A stretch of 64,000 nt of DNA, from contig CAVSKR010000005.1 of the NCBI GenBank assembly GCA_963728635.1, positions 264,998-328,997 on the forward strand, read 5' to 3'. This stretch comes from an uncultured Chloroflexia bacterium. Its GTDB lineage: Bacteria > Chloroflexota > Limnocylindria > Limnocylindrales > CSP1-4. The notes beneath the pieces were generated by a model that was given only the letters and a program-made list of their open reading frames with translations, did no database searches and had not been told where the DNA came from. Shown in pieces: positions 34,581-44,852 of the stretch. Numbering within the stretch: position 1 is the stretch's first letter; every line of letters begins with the position of its first letter. Made by a program: the position numbers and the translations under genes.

Positions 34581-35643
34581 GCCGGTGAAGCCGTGGGGCC
34601 CACTCCCGGGTGACGACCCGGAGCGCGATCGGGCCGAGACCAAGGCCGCCATCGCGGCGGCGGGGATCGACCTCGACCCGATCCCGCCGGGCCACCACCG
34701 CCACGACGACGGCGACGTCCATCCCGATGGCCACGCCCATCCGCATCAACGGTCGGGACCGGGCCAGACGCCGTCGACGGGCATCGTCGGGGCAGGCGCA
34801 GTCGGGACCGCGCTCGGGATCGCCCTCAGCCGCGCCGGCTGGCCGGTCCATGCGGTTGCGAGCCGCGACGTCGGCCGGCGGGCGCGCTTCACCGGCAGCG
34901 TCGAGGGCGCCCGAGGTTTCGCCGAGGCGCAGGCGCTCGTCGAGGAGGTGGAGCTGATCATCCTCGCGGTGCCGGACGACGCGATCGGCCCGCTCGCGCG
35001 CGAGATCCGGATGTACGGCGGCCAGGCGATGGTTCACACGAGCGGGTCGCTGGGTGCCGAGGTCCTCCTCCCGGCGATGGCCGCGGGCACGCAGGTCGGG
35101 TCCTTTCACCCGCTCGTCGCGTTCGCGGACACGGAACGGGCGATCGCCGCGCTCCACGGCGCGACCGTCGCGATCGAGGGCGATGACGACCTCGCGGCGA
35201 TGCTGGCCGACATGGCGGAGCGGCTGGGCGCCCACGCCGTCCGCCTGGCTCCCGGCTCGAAGGCGGCCTATCACGCTGCTGCGGTGCTGGCCGCCGGTGG
35301 CTTCGTGGCGCTGCTCGACGCGATCGCCGAGCTCGGCGCCGTGGCCGGTCTCGATGAAGAGGGCGCGCTCGCCATCTACGGGCCCCTGATCGAGGGAACG
35401 CTCGGCAATGCCCGTGCCCTCGGCATCGAGGCGGCATTGACCGGCCCGATGACGCGGGGCGACATCGGCACGCTCGCGGCACACCTCGATGCGCTGGCGG
35501 CCCACGCCCCCGGCGTCCTGCCGCTGTATGTGGCCGCCGCGCACCGCGAGATCGATCTGGCGCTCGACCGTGGCGCGCTGGCACCGGAGACGGCCTCCCA
35601 GATGCGTCAAACGCTCACGACAGCGCTTGCAAGGCAGGACTGA
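34579..35643 (+). CDS. Rossmann-fold NAD(P)-binding protein, DUF2520/ProC-like, with His-rich N-terminal tail
   Basis: GIVGAGAVGTALGIALSRAG dinucleotide-binding motif. N-terminal HHRHDDGDVHPDGHAHPHQ. Alternative start at 34534. Confidence 0.6.
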   Translation: MPVKPWGPLPGDDPERDRAETKAAIAAAGIDLDPIPPGHHRHDDGDVHPDGHAHPHQRSGPGQTPSTGIVGAGAVGTALGIALSRAGWPVHAVASRDVGRRARFTGSVEGARGFAEAQALVEEVELIILAVPDDAIGPLAREIRMYGGQAMVHTSGSLGAEVLLPAMAAGTQVGSFHPLVAFADTERAIAALHGATVAIEGDDDLAAMLADMAERLGAHAVRLAPGSKAAYHAAAVLAAGGFVALLDAIAELGAVAGLDEEGALAIYGPLIEGTLGNARALGIEAALTGPMTRGDIGTLAAHLDALAAHAPGVLPLYVAAAHREIDLALDRGALAPETASQMRQTLTTALARQD

Positions 35644-35844
35644 CCTAGTACCATTGCGGCCCATGGGACACAGCATCGCCGCCAAGTACGCGGCACGACC
35701 GGCGGCGCGATTCGTGCGTCCGTCGAGCCGTGCCCGCGAGCGGCGACTCGGTCTCGGGGCACAGGCATCGTTCTCTGCCGTCGCCGCCGTCCAGACCGAG
35801 CTCCGTGGACCCGAAGCCGGCCCGTACGCTCGCCTGAAGGCGGG

Positions 35845-36429
35845 TTGGCGTGGCCCTCGTCCGACGCGGTCGGCCGTCCGAGATCGCCGGGTCCGGCCGT
35901 TGGTGACGATGCATTGGGCTCGCTCCGGGCGCTCCGGAACGAGCCGGCGTCGCAGCGCCGCCGCGGCGCCGTGGCACGCCTGAGGTCTGCGACCGCCACT
36001 TCCGCGGGCGGCATCGTCGTTCGATACGAGGCCGGGCGTCCCCAGTTCGTAGCCGGAAGCCGGCGACGCGAGCGCGACGGCCGCACGTGGACGCTCCCCA
36101 AGGGCACGCCCAAGCGGAACGAGACGCGGGAGGAGACCGCGATCCGCGAAGTGGCCGAGGAGACGGGCCTCGATGTCCGCATCACGGGGCCGCTGGACTC
36201 GATCGAGTACACCTTCGTCCAGTCCGGCACGCGGATCCACAAGACGGTCCACTATTTCATGATGGAACCCGTCGGCGGTGACCTTGCCCGGCACGATCAC
36301 GAGTTCGACCAGGTCCGCTGGGTCGACTTCGCCGAGGCGACGAGCCTGCTGACGTTCGAGACCGAACGCGCCCTCATCGTGCACGCGGCGGATCTCCTGA
36401 CCGCTCCGCCCGCGGAGCGGGCTTCGTGA
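35845..36429 (+). CDS. NUDIX hydrolase
   Basis: NUDIX box GTPKRNETREETAIREVAEETGL (GX5EX7REUXEEXGU). True start is probably an internal GTG near 35971. Confidence 0.75.
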   Translation: MAWPSSDAVGRPRSPGPAVGDDALGSLRALRNEPASQRRRGAVARLRSATATSAGGIVVRYEAGRPQFVAGSRRRERDGRTWTLPKGTPKRNETREETAIREVAEETGLDVRITGPLDSIEYTFVQSGTRIHKTVHYFMMEPVGGDLARHDHEFDQVRWVDFAEATSLLTFETERALIVHAADLLTAPPAERAS

Positions 36430-37547
36430 CCGGACCGGATCTCGTCGAAACCGTCATCCACGAGACACCGCTCGCCAGCCGCCACGAGGCGCTGGGCGCC
36501 CGCATGATCGACTTCGCCGGTTGGCGCATGCCCGTCCAGTACGGCTCGATCCTCGATGAGCATCGCGCGGTCCGCGAGCGTGTCGGGTTGTTCGACCTCT
36601 CGCACATGGGCGAGCTGTTGATCGAAGGTCCGGGCGCCGGCGAGGGCCTGGCTGCCGCCGTCGTGTCGAACCCACCGGCGCTCGCCGTCGGACGCGCGCA
36701 ATACTCGATGATCTGTGCTCCGAACGGCGGGATCATCGACGACCTGATCATCTATCGGTTGGCCGACGACCGGTTCCTCGTCGTGGCCAACGCGGCCAAC
36801 GCACAGGTCGTGTCGGATGCGCTCGCGGAGCGCCTCGAGCGATCCCGCGCGGTGCTCGACGACCAGTCGCTGGCGACCGGTCTCGTCGCGGTCCAGGGCC
36901 CGCGGTCGGTCGACGTGCTCGCGCCGCTGACGGACGTGGCGGTCGGGGACCTGCGTTATTACGGCATCGCCGAGGGCTCGGTGGCGGGGATCCCCGCCCA
37001 TGTCGCGCGCACCGGGTACACGGGCGAGGACGGCTTCGAGGTCTTCGTCGACACGGGCAAGGTGGGCGAGCTGTGGGATGCGCTGCTCGACGCGGTCCGT
37101 GCCGCTGGCGGCGGAGCCGTCGGTCTTGGGGCCCGTGACACCCTTCGCCTCGAGGCAGGGATGCCGCTGTACGGCAACGAGCTCGACCTGACGACGACGC
37201 CGTTCGACGCAGGTCTCGGCCGCGTCGTGAAGCTCGACAAGCCCGGCGACTTCGTCGGCCGCACGGCGCTCGAGAAGGTCGTCATCGACGGGCCGCGCCA
37301 GCGACTGGTCGGTCTGATCGTCGAGGGCCGCGGCATCGCCCGCCACGGCTATCCCGTCCACGCGGGTGAGCGTCGCACTGGGGTCGTGACGAGCGGCACC
37401 CAGTCGCCGACACTGGGCGTGCCGATCGCCATGGCGTATGTCGCACCGGCCGACGCGGAATCCGAGACGATGCTCGGCATCGACATCCGCGACGCGCGTG
37501 TCCCGGCGCGGGTGGTTCCGCTGCCGTTCTACCGGAGGAGCAGTTGA
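36426..37547 (+). CDS. gcvT: Glycine cleavage system T protein (aminomethyltransferase)
   Basis: GARMIDFAGWRMPVQY, LFDLSHMG, TGYTGEDGFE motifs. GTG start overlaps the NUDIX stop. Confidence 0.9.
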   Translation: MTGPDLVETVIHETPLASRHEALGARMIDFAGWRMPVQYGSILDEHRAVRERVGLFDLSHMGELLIEGPGAGEGLAAAVVSNPPALAVGRAQYSMICAPNGGIIDDLIIYRLADDRFLVVANAANAQVVSDALAERLERSRAVLDDQSLATGLVAVQGPRSVDVLAPLTDVAVGDLRYYGIAEGSVAGIPAHVARTGYTGEDGFEVFVDTGKVGELWDALLDAVRAAGGGAVGLGARDTLRLEAGMPLYGNELDLTTTPFDAGLGRVVKLDKPGDFVGRTALEKVVIDGPRQRLVGLIVEGRGIARHGYPVHAGERRTGVVTSGTQSPTLGVPIAMAYVAPADAESETMLGIDIRDARVPARVVPLPFYRRSS

Positions 37548-37548
37548 C

Positions 37549-37932
37549 GTGAGCTCGCCCACCGACTTGCGCTACACCCGCGACCACGAGTGGGTCCGGG
37601 TCGACGGCGATCAAGCGACCATCGGCATCACCGAGTACGCAGCCGACCAGCTTGGCGACATCGTGTTCGTCGAGCTGCCCGAGACCGGCCGGGACCTCGA
37701 GGAGGCGAAGCCGTTCGGCGTCGTCGAGTCGGTCAAGGCCGTGAGCGACCTGTTCGCGCCGCTGAGCGGCACCGTGACGTCCACGAACGACGCCCTGGCC
37801 GCGACGCCCGAGCAGGTCAACAACGATCCGTACGGCGCGGGCTGGATGATCAAGATCACCGTTGCCGATCCGTCCCAGATCGACGGCCTGCTCGACGGCG
37901 AGGCGTACGACGACCTCGTCGCGGCGGGCTGA
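37549..37932 (+). CDS. gcvH: Glycine cleavage system H protein (lipoyl carrier)
   Basis: YTRDHEWVRVDGDQATIGITEYA...VESVKAVSDLFAP: lipoyl-Lys motif. GGAGGAG SD 8 nt upstream of GTG. Confidence 0.9.
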   Translation: MSSPTDLRYTRDHEWVRVDGDQATIGITEYAADQLGDIVFVELPETGRDLEEAKPFGVVESVKAVSDLFAPLSGTVTSTNDALAATPEQVNNDPYGAGWMIKITVADPSQIDGLLDGEAYDDLVAAG

Positions 37933-37939
37933 CGGGACG

Positions 37940-39366
37940 ATGCCGTACGGCCCACACACGACCGCAGACCGCGAGCGGATGCTCGCGACGCTCGGCCTCG
38001 AGAGCGTCGACGAGCTTTTCGCCGACATCCCGGTCGACCTGCGGGCGAGCGCTCTCGAGCTCCCCGAACCGGAGCCGGAGCTCGAGCTCGCCGCGCGGCT
38101 GCGTGAGATGGCCGGTCGCAACCGCACGGACCTTGTCTCGTTCCTCGGCGCGGGCGTGTATCGACACTGGAGCCCGCCGGCGGTCGACCAGCTCCTGCTG
38201 CGCGGGGAGTGGTATACGGCCTACACGCCGTACCAGCCCGAAGTCAGCCAGGGCACGCTCCAGTCGATCTACGAGTACGAATCGCTGATCGGCGAGCTGG
38301 TCGACCTGGACGTGGTCTCGGCGTCGCACTACGACGGCGCGGCGGCGACCGCCGAGGCGGCACTGATGACGTGTCGGGCCACGCGGCGCGAGCGCGTGCT
38401 GGTGAGCCGCGGCGTGCATCCGCATTACCGCGCCACGCTGCGCACGTACTTCGGCGGAGGGCTCGAGCTCGAGGAGATCCCGCTGGTCGCCGACGGCGAC
38501 GCCGCGGGCACGACCGACCTGGACGCCCTCGAGCGGATGTTGGCCGAACCGGATCGACCGGTCGCGGGCGTCATCGCCGCGAACCCCGACTTCCTCGGGC
38601 TCCTCGAGCCGATGCCGGGGATCGGCGGGCTCGCCCACGCCGCGGGCGCCCTGTTCGTGGCGGTCATCGAGCCCGTCTCGCTGGCGGTCCTGGCGCCCCC
38701 CGGCTGCATACGGCGCCGACATCGCCGCCGGCGAGGGCCAGCCGCTCGGCATCGCGCCGCAGTACGGCGGCCCCTATCTCGGGATCCTCGCGTCGACCGA
38801 CGCGCTCGTCCGCCAGATCCCCGGCCGCCTGGTGGGGATGACGACCGACCTCGACGGCCAGCGGGCGTTCGTGATGACGCTGCGGGCGCGCGAGCAGGAC
38901 ATCAGGCGCGACAAGGCAGCCAGCAACATCTGCACGAACCAGGCGCTGCTCGCGCTGGCGGCCTCGATCTACCTCGCGACGATCGGGCCGCACGGACTCC
39001 AGGACGTGGCCGCGACCGGCGCGGCGCGTGCGACCGAGCTGGCGGCCGCGCTTGCCGCGATCGGCGTGGAGCGGCTTCAGCCGGGACCGTTCCTCAACGA
39101 GTTCGCCGTGCGCGTGCCGGATGCGCGCACGGTCCATCGCCGGCTGATCGAGCGCGGCTTCCTGGCAGGTCTCGTGCTGGCCGACGCGGAGCCGGACGAC
39201 CCGACCCTGGTCGACGGCCTGCTGCTGTGCACGACGGAGCTGACCACGTCAGGTGACATCGCACGGTTCGTCGCCGCGTTCGGGGAGGTCCTCACCGGTC
39301 GGCCGCCGGTCGGCGTCGAGACCGGGGCGAGGCGACATGGTCGACGGCAATCGGGGCGGCCCGATG
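37940..39366 (+). pseudogene. gcvPA: Glycine dehydrogenase subunit 1 (gcvPA) interrupted by a +1 frameshift near 38709; 3' end ambiguous
   Basis: N-part (MPYGPHTTADRERMLATLGL...YTPYQPEVSQG) in frame 2 up to ~38708. Conserved continuation (AYGADIAAGEGQPLGIAPQYGGPYLGILAS...) is in frame 0, consistent with one extra T. The frame that ends on the TGA overlapping the gcvPB ATG is a third frame. Confidence 0.7.
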
Positions 39367-40863
39367 AGCGTCACCGGCCAGAAGCTCCAGCCGACGCTGT
39401 TCGAGCGCAGCCGGCCCGGGCGAGGCGGGGGCAAGATCCCCCACCCACCCAAGGACGCGCTGGATCGCGTGCCGGCCGATGCGCGACGGGAGACGCCGCC
39501 GGCCCTGCCGGAGATGAACGAGCCCGATGTCGTCCGTCACTACGTCAACCTCAGCCAGCTGAACCACGCCATCGATACGGGGTTCTACCCGCTCGGCTCG
39601 TGCACGATGAAGTTCAACCCGAAGCTCAATGAATGGGCGGCCCGGCTGCCGGGGTTCGCGGATCTTCATCCGCTCGTGCCGGACGAGGTCGCCCAGGGCA
39701 CGCTGCAGCTGCTCTGGGAGCTCGAAGGGGCGCTTGCCGAGATCTCCGGCATGCGGGCCGTGACGCTCCAGCCCGCGGCCGGGGCGCAGGGGGAATTGAC
39801 CGGGATCCTCATGATCCGCGCCTACCACCGCGAACAGGGCGACACGGAGCGCGACGAGGTCCTGGTCCCGGACAGCTCACACGGCACGAACCCGGCGACG
39901 GCATCGATGGCCGGTTTCAAGACGATTACGATCCCGTCGGCCGCCGACGGTGGCGTCGACCTCGACGCGTTCAAGGCGGCACTCGGCCCTCGCACGGCTG
40001 CGGTGATGATCACGAACCCGTCGACGCTCGGGCTGTTCGAGTCACGCATCGGCGACCTGCTCGAGGCGATCCACGAGGCCGGCGCGTTGGCGTACATGGA
40101 TGGCGCGAACCTCAACGCGATCCTGGGCCGGTTCAAACCGGGCCAGGCGGGCTTCGACGTCATGCATTTCAACGTCCACAAGACGTTCAGCACGCCGCAC
40201 GGGGGCGGCGGTCCGGGCGCGGGGCCGGTCGGGGTGGGGGAGCGGCTCGTGGCGTACCTGCCGACGCCGCGGGTCCTGCGCCTCGATGACGGGACGTTCC
40301 GCCTCGAGCGGGCAGATGAGCGCCCGACATCGATCGGCCGACTGCGCAGCTTCGTCGGCAACACGGGCGTCCTCGTGCGCGCGTACGCCTATATCCGCGC
40401 ACACGGCGGCTCTGGCTTACGGGAGGTCAGCGACGACGCCGTCCTGGCCGCGAATTACCTCAAGTCACGTCTGGCGGGCACGTTCGACCTGCCCTACGAC
40501 CGCCCGTGCAAGCACGAGTTCGTCGCGTCGGCGGCGACCCTCAAGAGCCGGACCGGCGTGCGTACGCTGGACCTCGCCAAGCGGCTGATCGATCACGGGT
40601 TCCATCCGCCCACGATCTACTTCCCGCTCATCGTCGAGGAAGGGATGCTGATCGAGCCGACCGAGACCGAATCGGTCGAGACTCTCGACGCTTTCGCAGA
40701 CGCGCTGGAGGAGATCGTCGCCGAGGCGAAGAGCGATCCGGATCTCGTGAAGGGAGCCCCGCACACCGCGCCCGTGAGGCGATTGGACGAGGCGACTGCC
40801 GCTCGGCAGCCGAATCTGCGTTGGCGCCCGATGACCGGCCGCCAGATGCCCTGCCCTGATTGA
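39364..40863 (+). CDS. gcvPB: Glycine dehydrogenase subunit 2
   Basis: LGSCTMKFNP, PLP-Lys region NVHKTFSTPHGGGGPG, ~500 aa. Confidence 0.9.
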   Translation: MSVTGQKLQPTLFERSRPGRGGGKIPHPPKDALDRVPADARRETPPALPEMNEPDVVRHYVNLSQLNHAIDTGFYPLGSCTMKFNPKLNEWAARLPGFADLHPLVPDEVAQGTLQLLWELEGALAEISGMRAVTLQPAAGAQGELTGILMIRAYHREQGDTERDEVLVPDSSHGTNPATASMAGFKTITIPSAADGGVDLDAFKAALGPRTAAVMITNPSTLGLFESRIGDLLEAIHEAGALAYMDGANLNAILGRFKPGQAGFDVMHFNVHKTFSTPHGGGGPGAGPVGVGERLVAYLPTPRVLRLDDGTFRLERADERPTSIGRLRSFVGNTGVLVRAYAYIRAHGGSGLREVSDDAVLAANYLKSRLAGTFDLPYDRPCKHEFVASAATLKSRTGVRTLDLAKRLIDHGFHPPTIYFPLIVEEGMLIEPTETESVETLDAFADALEEIVAEAKSDPDLVKGAPHTAPVRRLDEATAARQPNLRWRPMTGRQMPCPD

Positions 40864-41158
40864 GCGTTGAGCGGGACTTCGCTCGTAGCTCGATTTGGAT
40901 GGAAGTTGAGCCACAAGCGGGACTTCCGCGATATTGACGGGCCCGACGTTCGTGTGAATGATAGGCGCCATCTTGGAGGCCCGCGGCTCGTCATCGTGTC
41001 CGCGGGTGCCTTCGCGCACGGCGACAGCCGATGGGAGGATCGTCTGGCGCCGAGGTCGGTAACATGTCGAGGTCGCCGGACAGTGACCGATACGTGCCCG
41101 AACAACTCCGGACGTCACGGCAGGAGTTCGTGGCGACGGTCACGTGAAAGGGATATAC

Positions 41159-42878
41159 ATGTCGCAGAAACGTCTCCTCGCCCTCGTCGGCGCGGTCGCA
41201 ATCTTTGCGTCCGCGTGCGGCGGCACGCCGGCGAGCCAGCCGCCGGCCAGCGTGGCGCCAGGTGAGTCACCCGCCGAATCGTCCGAGCCGAGCGCCGCTC
41301 TTGCCGCCGAGCAGGTCCTGCGCCTCTCGTTGGGCGCCGAGGATCCACATTCGCTCGATCCGGCGCTTGGCGAGACGAGCACCGACATCGCCGTTCTGCA
41401 CGGCCTGAACCGGTCGCTGCTGTACTTCGACAAGGAGCTCAGAACGCGGTTCCGTCGCTGGCCGAGGCGCATGCCCGAGCTGTCTGCCGACGGACTCGAA
41501 GTACACATTCAAGCTTCGCGATGCGCAGTACAGCAACGGCGACCCGATCGTCGCCGCTGATCTCGTGTATCGCCTGGAAGCGCCTGATCGACCCGCGCAC
41601 GGCCGCGGCGTACCAGGCCATCATCCAGGACGTCGACGGGAGGCGCCGAGATCCTCGCGCTGAGGCCGACTGCAAGCTGACGCGGACATCCAGGCCGCGG
41701 TCGACAAGTTCGGCGTGGCGGCGCCGGACGAGAAGACGTTCGTCGTGAAGCTCGCCCATCCGACGTTTCCTACTGCGCTCTACCTGGCGACCCTGTGGGG
41801 CACCGGCCCGATCCCAGGAGAAGTGGATCACGTCAGCCCGAATCCGACAGAAGCTGAGAACTTCGTCAGCTCCGGGCCATTCAAGATCAAGTCCTGGACG
41901 CACCAGGCCGAGCTCGTCATCGAGCCGAATCCGAACTGGTACGGCGACGAAGCCGACCCTGACCGAGATCCGGTTCGAAGATCGGTGGCGACCCCGCCGC
42001 GGATCAGGCGTCGTTCGAGGCCGGTGAGCTGGACATGCTCGCGCGCAAGTCCGCCCGACGTGCCCCGGATCACCGCCGACCCGGAGCTCGGTCCGCTCGT
42101 GGTCACGCAGCCGACCCTTATCTTCGACTACTGGGGCTTCGATACGACGAAGGGCCCGACCGCGAACCGCGCCTTCCGTCGCGCCTTCGATGGCGATCGA
42201 CAAGGAGACGATGATGGCGACCGTCTATGGCGGCCAGGGTCTCGTGGCCGGCAGCGCTGATGCCGCCCGGCATGGCCGGGCATCAGCCGGACATCGGTCT
42301 GAAGTACGACGTCGAGGCGGCGAAGGCCGAACTGGCGACCGCGCTCACCGAACTCGGCATCGCGGATGCGAGCGACGATCCCGCCCCTGTCGTTCGGTTT
42401 CAATACCAATGCGGGTCACGAGGAAACGTCTGCCTTCATGCAGGAGCAGTGGCGGACGAACCTGGGCGTCGAGAGCGAACTGAAGGGCATGACCTTCGAC
42501 ACGTTCGTCGTCGAGCGTCCCAGCTCGAAGTACTCGATCGCCCGCAACGCGTGGGGCGCGGACTATCCGCATCCCGACAACGATCCTTCGCGTCCTGTTC
42601 CAAAGCGAGAGCGGCAACAACGACGAGGGGTACAACAACCCCGAGTACGACAGGCTGATCGCGGAAGCCGGCGCCGGAGCTCGACGTCGACAAGTCGATC
42701 GCGCTGTACAACGAGGCACAGTCGATCCTGGTGGAGGATGCTCCGGCGGTCTTCACCCGCTGGCGCGTCTCGAACTACGAGGTTCGACCCTGGGTGACTG
42801 GACTACATCGCGACGCGGTCAGGACTCAAACGTGATCGGCGACCTATTCTACGAGAACATCAAGATCCTCGAGCACTA
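41159..42878 (+). pseudogene. Family-5 ABC substrate-binding lipoprotein (peptide/nickel type) disrupted by >=8 frameshifts
   Basis: Signal/lipobox LALVGAVAIFASAC. Conserved SBP segments appear successively in all three frames (YFDKEL / KYTFKLRDAQYSNGDP / AWKRLIDPRTAAAYQ / DEKTFVVKLAHPTF...NPNWYGD / ITADPELGPLVVTQPTLIFDYWGF / MAIDKETMMATVYGGQG / GHQPDIGLKYDVEAAKAEL / FNTNAGHEETSAFMQEQW / GDLFYENIKILEH*). Confidence 0.75.
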
Positions 42879-42975
42879 GAGATCACGACTCCGTCGTGAT
42901 CGACAGGCCCGGACCCATTGCGGGCCCGGGCCTGTCCCTCATTCGCTAGGCATCACTGGAGATGCGAGGCAGAGC

Positions 42976-43896
42976 ATGATCCGGTACCTGGTCGGGCGAC
43001 TCCTCTGGATCATCCCCGTCTTGTTCGTCGTGTCGCTCCTCACCTTCGCCCTGATGCACGCCGTCCCGGGTGGTCCGTGGGCGCGCGAGAAGGCGCTTCC
43101 GCCGCCCACGGTCGCGTTCCTGAACGCGAAATACGGACTCGACGACCCCATCCCCGTCCAATACATCCGATGGGTCGGCGGTCTCGTGCAAGGCGATCTC
43201 GGTCCGTCGTACAAGTATCAGCGACCGGACCGTCAATGACATCGTCGGCGAGGGGATCGGCACGACGATGCACCTCGGCGTCATGGCATTCCTCTTGGCG
43301 GTCTTCATCGGGATCCCGCTCGGGGTGTTCGCCGCCCTCGGCCACAATCGATGGCCCGACTACTTATCGACGAGCGTCTCGGTCATCGGCATCGCGATGC
43401 CCAGCTTCGTGCTCGCGTTGCTCCTCGATCGTCTTCTTCGGCGTGACACTCCGCGCTGCTCCCGACGGCCGGCTGGAAGGGCCCGGAGTACTGGGTCCTT
43501 CCGTCGTTGGCCCTGGCCGGGTTCCCGATCGCCGTCGTGGCTCGCTACACGCGGGCATCGATGCTCGAGGTGACGCGCAAGGACTACATCCGGACCGCTC
43601 ACAGCAAGGGTGTGGGCGAACGGGCCGTGGTCACGAGACACATGATCAGGAACGCGCTCATCCCGGTCGTCACGATCCTGGGCCCGATCCTTGCCTTCCT
43701 GGTCACGGGTTCGTTCATCATCGAATCGATCTTCGGGATCCCGGGCATCGGGCGGTACTTCATCACGTCGATCAGCCAGAAGGACTACGGGGTCCTGATG
43801 GCCATGACGATGCTGTACGCCTTCGCGATCGCCTTCCTGAACCTCGTGGTCGACGTGCTCTACGCATACATAGATCCGCGGATCCGGTACAGCTAG
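42976..43896 (+). pseudogene. ABC permease (DppB/OppB family) split into three frames
   Basis: 42976..43239 N-terminus (MIRYLVGRLLWIIPVLFVVSLLTFALMHAVPGGP), 43268..~43450 middle, 43507..43896 C-terminus (EAA-like motif TAHSKGVGERAVVTRHMIRNAL). At least 2 frameshifts. Confidence 0.7.
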
Positions 43897-43907
43897 GAGA
43901 TCTGCCG

Positions 43908-44852
43908 ATGGCCACCCAGAGCACGGTCCTGCCGCCGCGACCGGTCGTCGTCCGGGCGGGCTCAGGGTTGTGGCGTGATGCCTTTGCGCGCCTTCGGAAG
44001 AATCGGCTCGCCATGGTCGGCCTGATCGCGGTGATCGCGCTGTTCCTGCTCGCGATCTTCGGACCGATGCTGGCTCCGTACCCGTACCAGGAGCAAGATC
44101 TCAAGGCGGTCCTCGCAAACAACGGGCGGCCCGTCCCGCCGGGCAACGCGGAGCATCTGTTCGGCACCGACCAGATCGGTCGGGACCTGTTCAGTCGATT
44201 GCTCGATGGCGCTCGCATCAGCGTGACGGTCGCGATCGTCGTCCAGGTCGTGGTGCTCCTGATCGGCGTCCCGATCGGTGCGATCGCCGGGTGGTTCGGT
44301 GGCCGGACCGACAACCTCCTGATGCGGTTCACCGACGTGATGTACGCGTTTCCCGACCTTCTCTTCATCATCCTGCTGACGGTCGCATTCAGGGAGACGG
44401 CATTCGGCAAGGCGATCGACGGACTGCTCCTGATCTTCGTCGCGATCGGGCTCACGAGCTGGGTCACGGTCGCCCGACTCGTTCGCGGCCAACTGCTGGC
44501 GCTCAAGGAGACCGAGTTCGTCGAGGCGGCGCGTGCGATCGGTGTGCCCTCCAGCAAGATCGTCACGCGTCACCTGCTGCCCAACGGCATCGGCCCGATC
44601 ATCGTCGCGGTCACCCTGGGCATCCCGGCGGCGATCCTGGCCGAAGCGACGCTGGCGTATATCGGGATCGGCGTGCAGGCCCCGCGTGCCTCGTGGGGCA
44701 GCCTGATCAACGATGGTCAGAAGGTTCTCCGTGGCGATCCGCACCTCGTGACATTCCCGGCCATCGCGATCGCGATCGCGTTGATCAGCTTCACGTTCCT
44801 TGGTGACGGCCTGCGCGATGCTCTCGACCCGAAGCTCAAGGGCAAGCAGTAG
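43908..44852 (+). CDS. ABC permease (DppC/OppC family)
   Basis: 314 aa, intact. EAA motif region EAARAIGVPSSKIVTRHLLPN. Confidence 0.85.
   Translation: MATQSTVLPPRPVVVRAGSGLWRDAFARLRKNRLAMVGLIAVIALFLLAIFGPMLAPYPYQEQDLKAVLANNGRPVPPGNAEHLFGTDQIGRDLFSRLLDGARISVTVAIVVQVVVLLIGVPIGAIAGWFGGRTDNLLMRFTDVMYAFPDLLFIILLTVAFRETAFGKAIDGLLLIFVAIGLTSWVTVARLVRGQLLALKETEFVEAARAIGVPSSKIVTRHLLPNGIGPIIVAVTLGIPAAILAEATLAYIGIGVQAPRASWGSLINDGQKVLRGDPHLVTFPAIAIAIALISFTFLGDGLRDALDPKLKGKQ

Noticed and set aside
35644-35970. Possible glycine riboswitch upstream of the NUDIX-gcvTHP operon
   Set aside because: I searched by eye for the GGAGAG and ACCGAAGGGGCAA cores of the glycine aptamer and did not find them. Only loose resemblances were present (CCCGAAGCCGG, CTGAAGGCGGG). 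This needs a covariance-model search before any claim.
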